Below are positions 34,515 to 44,683 of a stretch of 64,000 nt of DNA, piece after piece. The DNA comes from an uncultured delta proteobacterium (GTDB lineage Bacteria; Myxococcota; Kuafuiibacteriia; Kuafuiibacteriales; Kuafuiibacteriaceae). Numbering within the stretch: position 1 is the first letter of the stretch; the number at the start of each line of letters is the position of its first letter. The position numbers were made by a program, and so were the translations under genes. Where the stretch lies: contig CAWDML010000001.1 in the NCBI GenBank assembly GCA_963803435.1, positions 2,592,001-2,656,000 of the forward strand, in the 5' to 3' direction. Under the pieces are notes generated by a model. That model ran no database searches. It saw only the letters and a program-made list of their open reading frames with translations, and was not told the origin of the DNA.

Positions 34515-37500
34515 TGCAGTTGATCTCGCTGAAAGTGGATGGGTTCCGGTGCATCCAGAAGGCTCGCATCGAGCTCAAGCCTGGGCTCAACATCCTGCAT
34601 GGCCCAAACGATCTGGGAAAGTCGACGTTGGCGATGGCAATCCGCGCCGTCCTCCTCCTGACCCATAACCAGCGAGAGCACGAGTCCTTCATCCCGTGGT
34701 CCGAGGATGCAGCGCCGAGCGTGGAGCTGCGGTTCGAGATGAAGGAGAAGGGCTACTATCAGGTCACCAAATTCTTCGGCGACGGGAATCGAGGAAAGTC
34801 GCTTCTCGGGTGGTCGAAGGACGGCCGAGACTACGCCGTAACCACAAAAGGCCGAGAGGTCGATGAAGAGCTGCGCAAGCTCCTCCGCTGGGGAGTACCT
34901 GCGCCCGGCGGCAAAGCGAGGACGAGAGGAATGCCCGAGACCTTCCTCACCGAGGTTCTGATGCCCAATCAGAGCCAGGTCGCGAGGGTCCTCGAGCTCA
35001 GTCTGGAGACGGATCCCGACGACTCGGGAAAGGCACACCTCACCCAAGTTCTCCAAGCGATGGCGACCGATCCAGTGTTCAAGAGAGTCTTCGCCGCCGC
35101 CACCGCGAAGGTCGACGAAGCCTACACACCGACCGGACAGCGGAAGCGCGGGAGAGGCTCGCCCTGGGCCGAAGCACGAGACCGGATCAACGAGCTGCAG
35201 CGGGACGTGGACCGACTCAAGGCGGACGTGGTGAAGAGCCAGGACGCCGAGAACAAGGCTCGCCTGCTGTCCGAGCAGCTCGCTGAGAAACGCCTCAAAA
35301 TTCAGGATGCCGCAGATCGCCTGACGGCACTCGAGAGTCGGTGGGCGGCAAAGCAGAAGCGCAGCACAGTCGAAGAGGAGGAGCGGATCGCTCGCGCAGC
35401 ACTGCTCGAGATCGAACGTCTTTTCAAGGCCGTAGCCGAGACCGAGGTGGAAATCGGATCACTCGCGCGAAAGATCGCAGACGCAAGTCAGAAACTGGTC
35501 CGGTCGAAGGAGCAGGTCGAAGGCGCCGAGACCTCGCTGAAGGTGGCAGAGGAGCAGAAGGCGCGACTCGAGAGCGAGGCGGGCGAGCAGGCGCGAACGA
35601 TCGAGCGGGCGAAGCTGGAGACTGCTCTGGCCGAGGCGGCCTCGACGATCGCCGCGCTGGAGAATGAGAAACAGCGAGCATCCGAAGCCAAGCGAGAGAC
35701 AGACGCTCTGCACATCGTCGAGGCGCGCGCTGCCGAGCTCACGGGTCGCATCGCGGGATTGGCCGGTGAGCAGGACAGCGCGAAGCGTTCGATGGAGGAC
35801 GCCAAGGGCGCGGTCGAAGAGAGCAAGCAGCTCGAGGCCGTCGCTCGCCACCTCGACGCGAAGAGGCAATACGACGGGAACGAGCTCGCGATCGAAAAGG
35901 CGAAGGCACTTCGAGAAAAGGTGGCGCGACTAAGAGATGAAGCGAAAGCCCTCGAGACACGACTAGCGACGCTCACGCTACCGACGAAGGCACAGCTTCA
36001 ATCGCTGCGGACGTTGAAGCACAAGCTCGACCTCGCGGAGGCCGAGACTGCACTCGCATTGTCGGTCCAACCCGAGCGCGCGCTCGCGGTATCCATCAGC
36101 ACGGACGACGCGCTCGAGATCGACGATCGGATCGAGTCCGCGAAAACGATCGAGGCGCGACGATCGATCAGGTTGGTGATCGCTGGTGTCGGAGAGATCA
36201 CGGCGGTCGCCGGACGACCGGAGGCTCGCAAAGAGGCCGATGACCTCGGTCGGCGCTGGAAGCTCGAAGGTCGCACAGTTCTCGACGCCGCAGGTGCCGC
36301 CGATCTGGACGCCCTCGCCGGCATGATCGAAGAGGCAGAGCGGCTGAGGATCGATGCGGACGCCCGGTCTCGCGAGTCGGATTCAATGGAAGCTGCCCTG
36401 AAGGAGATCGTGGTCCGGGATCGGGCCGAGCTGCGCCATCTCATGGATGAGCGTGAGCTCCCGCTTCGGGATCTCGATCGCAACACACTCCTGGCGAAGC
36501 TGGAGAGAATCGGAGCCGATCGCCTCGACCTCGAGGAAGCGTCGCTTCGGAAAAAGCTGGATGCGGCGATTGCCAAGGCTGGGCAGCTGGAGCTCGAACT
36601 GACGAAACTCGACGCCGAGCTGAAGCGCGACGAGGAAGCGATCAGCGAACAGAAGCAGCGGTTGGAGCCTCGCCTCGCAGCGCTGGGAGCGTCGCCGCAA
36701 TCGGTCCTCGAGCGCGTTCAGAATGAACAGCGGAAGTTGGAGCGTGGCCGAAACGAGACGAAGGCCAGGCTAGAAGCACTCGACCGCGAGGCGAAGACGG
36801 CGATCGTCGATGCGTCGAGAGCAGTGGAAACTGCACGGTCCTCAGTCGCGACCGCGAAGGAAGCCGCTTCTAGAGCAGAAGCCGAGCTGGGCGATCTTCA
36901 AAAGCGGAACGCAGCCGCCCAGGCATTACTCGATGAACGACGCCGCAATGCGGAGGCGGCCGATCGCGCCAAGCACGAGGCGAGGATCGCTGAACTGGCC
37001 GCTCGGCTGAGCGCCATGCCGGTAGATCCGGACCTGAGTGAATCGATGATCGAACAGGCACGGAGCGATTTTCGACGCGAGGAGCAGCTCGCGGACTCGA
37101 TTGAGGCCGACCTCAACGCCGCACGAGGCGCGCTCGAGCACGTCGGGGGCAGCGTGGTGAAGGAGCAGGAGGAGGATTTGGAAGAAGCGCTCCGTCTCGC
37201 CTCCCGCGGACAACAGGATCTCGACATGGAGTACGAGGCGTGGCGCCTCCTCGTCGAGACGCTCAAAGAGGCAGAAAAGGAGCAGGCCGGCCATCTCGGA
37301 CGGGCCCTCGTCGAGCCGATCCGCCAACGGTTCGCCGAGCTCACTGAAGGCCGCTATCCGAAGCTTGCCATCGGCCCAAACCTCGAAGCCCAGAAGATCG
37401 TCGCGGAAGGAGGTGAGCGCGAGATCGGTTCGCTCTCTGTCGGCACGCGAGAGCAACTCGCCACGTTGATCAGGATCTGTCTCGCCGAGCGCCTCGGCAC

Positions 37501-37765
37501 CTGTTTGATCCTCGACGACCAGCTCACCCAATCCGATCCGACCCGCATCGGCTGGGTGCGCGAGCTGCTCTATGAGACAGCGAATCGGCTCCAGATCATC
37601 GTGCTCACCTGCCGCCCGGAAGACTACGTGCGTCCAGGGACTGGTTGCACGATCGTCGATCTCGCGAAGTGCGTGAACCGCTACGGAGCAAAGCGCGTCC
37701 TCCCGGACGGAAGCACGCGATCAGCGCCGGCCTCGAACGTCGAAAGCCCGCGCAAGGAGACATGA
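34514..37765 (+). CDS. SbcC/Rad50-like (YhaN-type) coiled-coil ABC ATPase
   Basis: Walker A GPNDLGKST; long coiled coil; signature LSVGTREQL; Walker B LILDD; TGATG overlap with the SbcD gene. Confidence 0.9.
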   Translation: MQLISLKVDGFRCIQKARIELKPGLNILHGPNDLGKSTLAMAIRAVLLLTHNQREHESFIPWSEDAAPSVELRFEMKEKGYYQVTKFFGDGNRGKSLLGWSKDGRDYAVTTKGREVDEELRKLLRWGVPAPGGKARTRGMPETFLTEVLMPNQSQVARVLELSLETDPDDSGKAHLTQVLQAMATDPVFKRVFAAATAKVDEAYTPTGQRKRGRGSPWAEARDRINELQRDVDRLKADVVKSQDAENKARLLSEQLAEKRLKIQDAADRLTALESRWAAKQKRSTVEEEERIARAALLEIERLFKAVAETEVEIGSLARKIADASQKLVRSKEQVEGAETSLKVAEEQKARLESEAGEQARTIERAKLETALAEAASTIAALENEKQRASEAKRETDALHIVEARAAELTGRIAGLAGEQDSAKRSMEDAKGAVEESKQLEAVARHLDAKRQYDGNELAIEKAKALREKVARLRDEAKALETRLATLTLPTKAQLQSLRTLKHKLDLAEAETALALSVQPERALAVSISTDDALEIDDRIESAKTIEARRSIRLVIAGVGEITAVAGRPEARKEADDLGRRWKLEGRTVLDAAGAADLDALAGMIEEAERLRIDADARSRESDSMEAALKEIVVRDRAELRHLMDERELPLRDLDRNTLLAKLERIGADRLDLEEASLRKKLDAAIAKAGQLELELTKLDAELKRDEEAISEQKQRLEPRLAALGASPQSVLERVQNEQRKLERGRNETKARLEALDREAKTAIVDASRAVETARSSVATAKEAASRAEAELGDLQKRNAAAQALLDERRRNAEAADRAKHEARIAELAARLSAMPVDPDLSESMIEQARSDFRREEQLADSIEADLNAARGALEHVGGSVVKEQEEDLEEALRLASRGQQDLDMEYEAWRLLVETLKEAEKEQAGHLGRALVEPIRQRFAELTEGRYPKLAIGPNLEAQKIVAEGGEREIGSLSVGTREQLATLIRICLAERLGTCLILDDQLTQSDPTRIGWVRELLYETANRLQIIVLTCRPEDYVRPGTGCTIVDLAKCVNRYGAKRVLPDGSTRSAPASNVESPRKET

Positions 37766-38496
37766 TCATGGGCGAGCGAAACGTGCGACCCATAGAGATG
37801 ATCCCGCAGAGCGGCAGGTGCGCGATCGCAGCCGTGGGAGAGTCGTATTACGTCGAAGCCGTCGGGGCGATCTGCGGGCCGCGAACCATCCAAGGGGAGC
37901 ATCGTTCCGTCGTCGCCATACTCCTTCGTGAGCCGTCGAATCCGTACGACCCGACCTCCGTCGCCGTCTACGTCGAAGGTCGGAAGGTCGCCCATCTCAG
38001 CCGCGCTCATGCCATCGAGTACCGAGCCCTCGTCGAAGAGATAGAGGCCCGCGGACACTACGCAGCATGCGCGGCGCTCATCCGCGGGGGATGGGATCAC
38101 GGGGATGGCGAGCGAGCCGATTACGGAATCTGGCTCGATCTCCCCGCCTCCGATCGAACGCGCCCTCGCACCGTCGACGAAGCTCTCGCCCGCATCGCAT
38201 CGATCAAAGTACCACCACACCGGCGCGAGGCGCTGCAGGAACTTGCCGCGAACTTCTCAGACCCGAGAGATCGCCAGGCGCTTTTCATCGGAGCCGCCAA
38301 AGCCGAGGTCGAGAAGGTGCTCCGAAAGGTCGCGTCGATCAAAGGAATCGCGACCAAGAGGAAGCACTTGCTTCAGGCAATTCAAGACCTCCAGAGCGAT
38401 CCGATTCCTGACGAGCTCCAATACGAAGAGCTCACGGCGCTCAAGAACGCGCTCCTCGATCTCGAACCGGGCGCCCAGACAGGAAACCGCCCATGA
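37762..38496 (+). CDS. HIRAN domain protein 1
   Basis: VGESYY…LLREPSNPYDPTSVAVYVEGRKVAHLSR; RBS AAGGAG; ATGA overlap. Confidence 0.8.
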   Translation: MIMGERNVRPIEMIPQSGRCAIAAVGESYYVEAVGAICGPRTIQGEHRSVVAILLREPSNPYDPTSVAVYVEGRKVAHLSRAHAIEYRALVEEIEARGHYAACAALIRGGWDHGDGERADYGIWLDLPASDRTRPRTVDEALARIASIKVPPHRREALQELAANFSDPRDRQALFIGAAKAEVEKVLRKVASIKGIATKRKHLLQAIQDLQSDPIPDELQYEELTALKNALLDLEPGAQTGNRP

Positions 38497-38933
38497 GCGG
38501 AAAGAAGAGCGCGAGAAGACGACGAGTCGACGAGCTCGTCTCAGGCCAGCAGTATCGAGTGCTCTCCGTGCATCCTCCTTGGGCCTGGGCGATCATCTTC
38601 GCCGGCAAGGACGTGGAGAATCGCTCGTGGTCCACGCCGTACCGTGGGCGCATCCTGATCCACGCATCCTCGCGGAAGTACGGAGCAGCCTCGCTGGAGG
38701 ACGCCCGCGACTTCATCGCCCAATGCTCAGGGCTCGACCACGACGAGATTCCGACCGAGTTCCCGCGGAGCCAGCTGCTCGGCACGGTCGAGGTCGTCGA
38801 CTGCATCGACTCGGCGGAGTCGCCATGGGCCGATCCCGACAGCGTTCACTGGATTCTTCGAAAGCCGCTTCCGCTCGCGAAGGCGATCACCGGGATCGAT
38901 GGGAAGCTCAACCTGTGGAGTTGGACGCGGTGA
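38493..38933 (+). CDS. ASCH domain protein
   Basis: LSVHPPWAWAIIFAGKDVENRSWSTPYRGRILIHAS (GxKxxExR); ATGA overlap. Confidence 0.9.
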   Translation: MSGKKSARRRRVDELVSGQQYRVLSVHPPWAWAIIFAGKDVENRSWSTPYRGRILIHASSRKYGAASLEDARDFIAQCSGLDHDEIPTEFPRSQLLGTVEVVDCIDSAESPWADPDSVHWILRKPLPLAKAITGIDGKLNLWSWTR

Positions 38934-38988
38934 TAGGTCGAGGGTGAGCGCTCTCGCCGAGATCCCTTAGTCGAAGGTCGATAACAAA

Positions 38989-39717
38989 ATGGGAATTTTT
39001 GATTGGTTACTCGGACGAAAGAAGAACACCGACGAACGTTCGGCCTCGCTCTATTTGATGCCCTCGCTGGGCAAGTTCGGTGTCCATGTCGTGGGAGAGT
39101 CGCACTACACGAATTCGTTTCGAGAAATCTGTGGTCCGCCAACGCCGCCAAAAACAATGACCGTCACCGCGAGTCTTGTTCCGGACCCGAGAAATCCGCA
39201 TGACGCGAACGCCATCGCGATCGTTGTGAACGGGAAGAGGATCGGTCATCTCGCGACAGAAGATGCGCAGCGGTATCTCGGACTCGTTCAGCGACTGAAC
39301 GAACAGGGCAGCACGGTTTGCTGCCACGCGGAGATCAAGTCCGGATGGGAAGGCAGCGAAAACTACGCGAGCCAGTATAGTGCACGCCTCGACCTTCCGC
39401 CTCCTCCAGAAGAAGCATACGCGAAGTACTCGAAGAAGGTCCGCACGCTAAAGAGCTCGGAGGCAAGACGGAAAGCGGTCGAAGAGGGACTCGTCGAGAT
39501 CATCGATGTTTCGCTCCGCGACCAGCTCAGAGTAGAAGCCGCACGCGCTGAGGTGGACCATGTTCTCGCCAAGGTGGTGTCTCTCAAGAGCGATGGAGCA
39601 AAAAGGAAACAGCTAGAGGAAGCAGCTGGCTTGCTGGAGTCGTGGGAAGTGCAAGGTGACGTCAGGACAGAATGCATGCAACGAATCTACGCCGCCCTCG
39701 CGCAGCTCAAGACATAG
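38989..39717 (+). CDS. HIRAN domain protein 2
   Basis: VVGESHY…LVPDPRNPHDANAIAIVVNGKRIGHLA; paralogous to 37762-38496. Confidence 0.8.
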   Translation: MGIFDWLLGRKKNTDERSASLYLMPSLGKFGVHVVGESHYTNSFREICGPPTPPKTMTVTASLVPDPRNPHDANAIAIVVNGKRIGHLATEDAQRYLGLVQRLNEQGSTVCCHAEIKSGWEGSENYASQYSARLDLPPPPEEAYAKYSKKVRTLKSSEARRKAVEEGLVEIIDVSLRDQLRVEAARAEVDHVLAKVVSLKSDGAKRKQLEEAAGLLESWEVQGDVRTECMQRIYAALAQLKT

Positions 39718-39766
39718 TGTACAGATCAGAGTGAGCCGTCAGTTGCCAGCGGAGTGATGGTGGAAC

Positions 39767-42700
39767 GTGGATGACGCGATCAAGCAAGTGGGAAGGCTGC
39801 TGCAGCATGTTCGCAGTGAGCTCGGCCTCAACATCGACGAACTTGCACAGAAGCTCGGGCGGACGGGTGGGCTGGTATGGAAGTGGGAGAATGGGCGCGG
39901 TCGCCTTGGGCTGAGCGAGCGCGAGCAGCTTCTTCGCTTCTTCGGGACCCTCGGCGCAGCGAGCGCTCCGTCAATTCCCAAGCTGATCGCCGCCCTGCAA
40001 CGTGCCAACCGATTCGGCCGTGGGACAGGCGAGCAGGAAGCCGACGAACCGCACAACCGAATGCCGTCTTCAGAACTGCCGGCGCCACATCGCGCGTTCG
40101 CTTCTGGAGAGTTTCCGCAGCTCTTGGAGCTTGCTACCCAACGAAAAGAGGAAGTTGACGAACTGCTCGAGACGGAGCTCCCAGCGGAAGCAAGAGGCTG
40201 GCCCTTCGAAGATCGAGTCCTGATGCTCGTGTGTCCGCACCTGCGATCTCGCGCGAACGAGTTTCATAAGAATGCGGCTCCCCGTCTACGCGAGTACCTC
40301 CCAGCTGGAGCGCGATCGTTTTTGGAGGAGAAGTTTCCTGAAGAACTCGAGAAACTTCTCGATCGGCACCAACGCGCTCAGAAAGTCCGTGCTCCCGATC
40401 CGGGATCATTGTTGCCTTCGCCGACGCCCCCTCCTCCCCGCGAGAAAGATCCCTGGCCCCAACAGAAATCGCCGCCGCAACCGCCCGCTGATCCGCACGA
40501 GCACACCGAACTGAAGATCCAATTGATGGTCGGAGTACGGATGCCGATCTGGAAAACATTCTTGAACGCGCACCGCGAAGTCCCCGAGGGAGAATTGGGA
40601 CGGATCCTCTCTGGGATCGTCGAGGCTGGCCTAATGAAGGAAACCGTCCGCCAGCTCAACGCGCTCTCCGACTCCGACTTCGAGGCCCGATTCGAGCAGC
40701 CGGATGCAGGCACGCTACTCCACGAGATCAACGCCCGTGAATCGGCGAACCTACGTCGAGACTTACTTCAGGCCGAGCAACGACTCGCTGATGTCAGCCC
40801 AGAACATGCTCAAACTCGTGTACCACACGAAGAGCTCGAGAATCCGGTGGAGACCACTACAGAGCCTCCGGTCGAAGTGCAGGTCGAATCGACCGTTATC
40901 GAGGAACGGCATCGAGTTGGCGCTCCGGAACCTCAGCGCACTCTTTATACCGAGATTCGTCTGATCACCGCCTCGAACGCAGCGAATTGGTCACAAGGTG
41001 ACCCCCTGGCTCTTCTGCATGCCGATGTTAGCCAGGGTTCGTTGATCGCACGCCACGTTCGTCTGGGACTGGAGATCGACTTCGAGCGTTTGCCTATCTA
41101 CGAACGAGTCGCTTGGGGAGCGGCGTTCCTGCTGAGCGGTGCTCGGGCACTTGCGGACGTTGATGATGGCCAGTTCACTTACGAGGCGCTCGGCTCACGG
41201 CTGGAATCGCCGATCTTCGGTCGCGCCTGACTGCGGCCCATCGCGCTGCGATCGTACGGGGTGCGAGAGAACTTTGGGGCATCGAGATGTTACGTTCCAG
41301 TTCAGGGAAGCGCCTTCTCATCGACACAATGCTCTTCCATTCTGGAGGCGGATACGCGGCAGCGGCCGCCCTGGTCGAGCGGATCACGCGGGAAAAGGGC
41401 TGGCTCTCGATCGTCAAAGGAACCGTGGAGAACGCTGCTGCTCGCGTCGAGGAATTTCGCACGTCGACCACTCACCCGCTCCCGGAACAACTCCGTGCGA
41501 TGCTTTCGACAGAAGCAGCGCGCAACACCGCGTCGAAACGTTTGATGCGGTTGGCGGAGGGCCGGCAGCAGATCATCGACAAGGAGTGGCTCGGCCTGAC
41601 GCCGAGAGCACCGCGGCAGCCGTTCATGCCGCCGGCTTGACGCTATGGGAGCTCTTCGACGCACCAAGCGAAGCAGCTGCAACGAGTCTCCTCGAATCGC
41701 TGTTCGCGTTTGGCACAAGGAGCGCGTCGATGTTCCCGAAGTTGGAGGTGCGGTGCGTCCTTAGAATGGACACCGTGCGAGTCTGGTGCTCGACGTGCCG
41801 GAACGACTACTGCTACCGGACGCGCCGTTGGACTCCGATCGAGTGCGGCTGACGTTCGAAGGGTACTCTCTCTCTGAATATCCGGCCTTCGCGAGGCGTG
41901 GTGAAGCGTTCGTGTACGTCGGCGGTCCGAGAACACTGAGTCTCCCTGTTGAAGCCGAGTTCCCCATCTCAGTCGTGGCCGAGTGTCGAGTCGGCCAATC
42001 CATCCATGGAATCCAACTTTCCACTGTCGATTTCCTCGACGAGCCGGTGCTCGTCTTTTCTCGTGAGTCTGGTCGGCTGGTCGATTCGTTTATCGCTTCG
42101 CAGTCGGTGCTGCTGGTCGTATGCCCCGGCGCTGAGCTGAGAGCACCCGCAGAGTTCATGCGTCTCACGCTGGACTCCGGCCCTCGCGGCGCCAGCCTCT
42201 ACGAGGCGACGACACCAGCAGACGTCGTCACCGTTCCAAATCAAGAGGACGATGAGGTTCGCGACTGGCCTTTTGGCGCCGCTCGGGAGCCTCTCCGTGT
42301 CGAGGTGCGGGGCCCGAAGATTTCTGACCTTCGAATCGGTCGTCGCCCAGTTTTCTCTTCGTGGCCGAGGTTTTGGATCGAGGCTGCACGCCGGGATGTC
42401 CGCTTCGTCCTCACCGGGCCAGGCGTCACACGTGAAGGAGAGTTTCGAGGTCGCCTGGGAAGCCTGTCCCTCGAGCCTTTCCCCCGGAGCCGTTCGGGAT
42501 GTATCGGTTGGATCTGAGCGCCGATGGACATCGGAGCAGCATGAGCTTCGCCATCGTTCCGGAGTTACGTTTAGCCGTCCATACGGAATCCGGAAACGAC
42601 TCAGCTCATTGCTTCCGTGCCTCGGTTCCCGTCACGATGCGTCGGCCAGACGGAGCCGAGGAGTCGGCTGGGATCCTCGAGCTGCCAATGCATTGCCGAG

Positions 42701-44683
42701 GAAGAGTGCCAATCATCGTGAGCTTCCGCCCGGCCGATCGGCCGAGCATGCAAGCGACATGGCGTCCGGTGATCATGTCCGTAGGTGCGATGATCGTCAT
42801 CCGCGCGGGTGTCAGCAGCAATCGGATGCCATTGGCATCGATGTTCGACAGCTCGGAGAGGAACTCGCGTCAGTTGCCTCGGCCCACCCAATACTTCGGT
42901 CACCGTTCGATTCCGAGAACGCCGAATTTGTGTCCCGCTGGATTCACATGGAACCGGATTTGTTCCCTGGCCGATTCTCCGCACGTCGCTTCTGCGGAAG
43001 TCCCGCGCGCGAGTGACGCTCGAACTGCAGTGGGACAACGGACACGTCGACGAACTCGGTCCACTTGTCGATCCTCGTAGAACACCACCACGCGTCGCAA
43101 TCGTGGATTCCCTCCCTTGGCGGTTGAGATCAGCCCCCGGCTGGTCTGGCGACCGGCGACGTCGAGGCTCACCTTCTTCCCGGACGAGCACCATGGGATG
43201 ACTCCTATCGTCTTGCGCGCTGCGCATGAGCATTCCCGCGAAGGCCCTGAGTCGGGTGGGACGCTACTCGAAGCCCACTCTTTCACCGATGAGCCCTTGC
43301 CTCCCGGCTGGTATTACGCGGCCCTCGTCAGCGACGGCCAACCAATCAGTGCGCTGTCTGCGTTTCCGATCGGCGCGGGATCGGAGATCGGCCGCCGCTC
43401 GGACATCGTTCAAGCGGCGTCTAAAAAGGCCTCTCCGCCGTAGATTCGGCCGCATTGACCGGACTCGTTCACAACCTTCACAGGTTCGGAGTCGATTCGA
43501 TCCAAGAGGCCCGCGTGTTGGTCGATCTGGCCAGCAAAGCCCGCATCGCGGCGTACCTTCAGGACCCAGCGAACGAGCGAGACCCGATCCGATGTGTCTT
43601 TGCGGCCCTCGACATCCCGCTAGCCGCGACTAAATACGCCGACTTCGACGAATGGGCCATGGCCGCTGCTTCCGACCCCACCAAGCTCGCCCGGTCTCTA
43701 CGAGCGCTCGATGACGCGCGTGCCGGCCTGGTCATTCCCGCTTGGATATCGATCGATCGGCTTCAAGAAGCGCGGCCCGAGCACCTCCTCTCCGAGGTGG
43801 CGCCAATCCTGGCGACATCGTCCGAGCTCGAGGCACCAGTGCAACCGATCGATCATGCTACGCTCGATCGACTACGAACTCCCGGTGGCGCTACGCCCGA
43901 CACGCTCCTCGATGCCTCCGTGAACTCGCGCATTGCTCGAAGCTCGCTTGCGAGAGGACGACATCCGCCCTGCACTTGCGGGCCAACTCTGCCGATTGCC
44001 GAACGAGTTACCGCCAGAGGCAGAGGCAGTCCTTCACCAAATTGAGAACGACAGGTTGCCATTGCTCCAGGAGATCGAACGCTCGGTCTTTCGGTGTGCT
44101 TGGTGGGTTCATATGTGGCGGACCGGATTCAGATGCCGCCGGACCTCTGGAGGCACGTCGAGCTCCTATCCGATCTCACGCCGCGTTTGCTCGACTATTG
44201 GCTGAACCGCCTTGCCCTCCTGCGACCTGCGACGGGACTATCGAAACCGAGTCTCCCGACGGAAGACTCGACGAGCCATACTCGAACGACTGACGAGATT
44301 CCCGTGGACTCCGCGCCTGTAGAGGCCCGTACGGAGCCGATCGACGTGTTGGCAGAGCTCCGCCGCCTCCGTCCCAACATCGAACGCTCGTCCTGCCGAG
44401 CATGTGGAGCGGACAAAGGCGTCACCTGGACGACGAAGGCATCGTGCTGACCTGCATCTCCTCCAACTGTCGCGTTCGAGAGCGAGTCTCCGTGACCGCA
44501 CTTCAGGAACTCGCCGACCGCATAGGAGCTTCGTGTCATGCCTGCGGGAGACAAGAGCTCGTCAGCGTCTCCCGGCCATATGCCAACATCCTAATCTGCA
44601 GGATCCCGTCCTGCGCTTCCAACAATCGATGGAGCATCTTGGTGGCACGGCTGGGCCGGCTCGGGATGTCGACAAAGCGATGA
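39767..44683 (+). CDS. large DruH-like protein with N-terminal XRE HTH and C-terminal Cys-rich zinc ribbons; many frameshifts
   Basis: XRE (VRSELGLNIDELAQKLGRTGGLVWKWENG); WGAAFLL…/IDTMLFHSGG segment; beta-rich middle; CRAC, CISSNC, CHAC, CRIPSC. The stop overlaps the helicase ATG. Treating it as a single gene is an inference. Confidence 0.5.
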
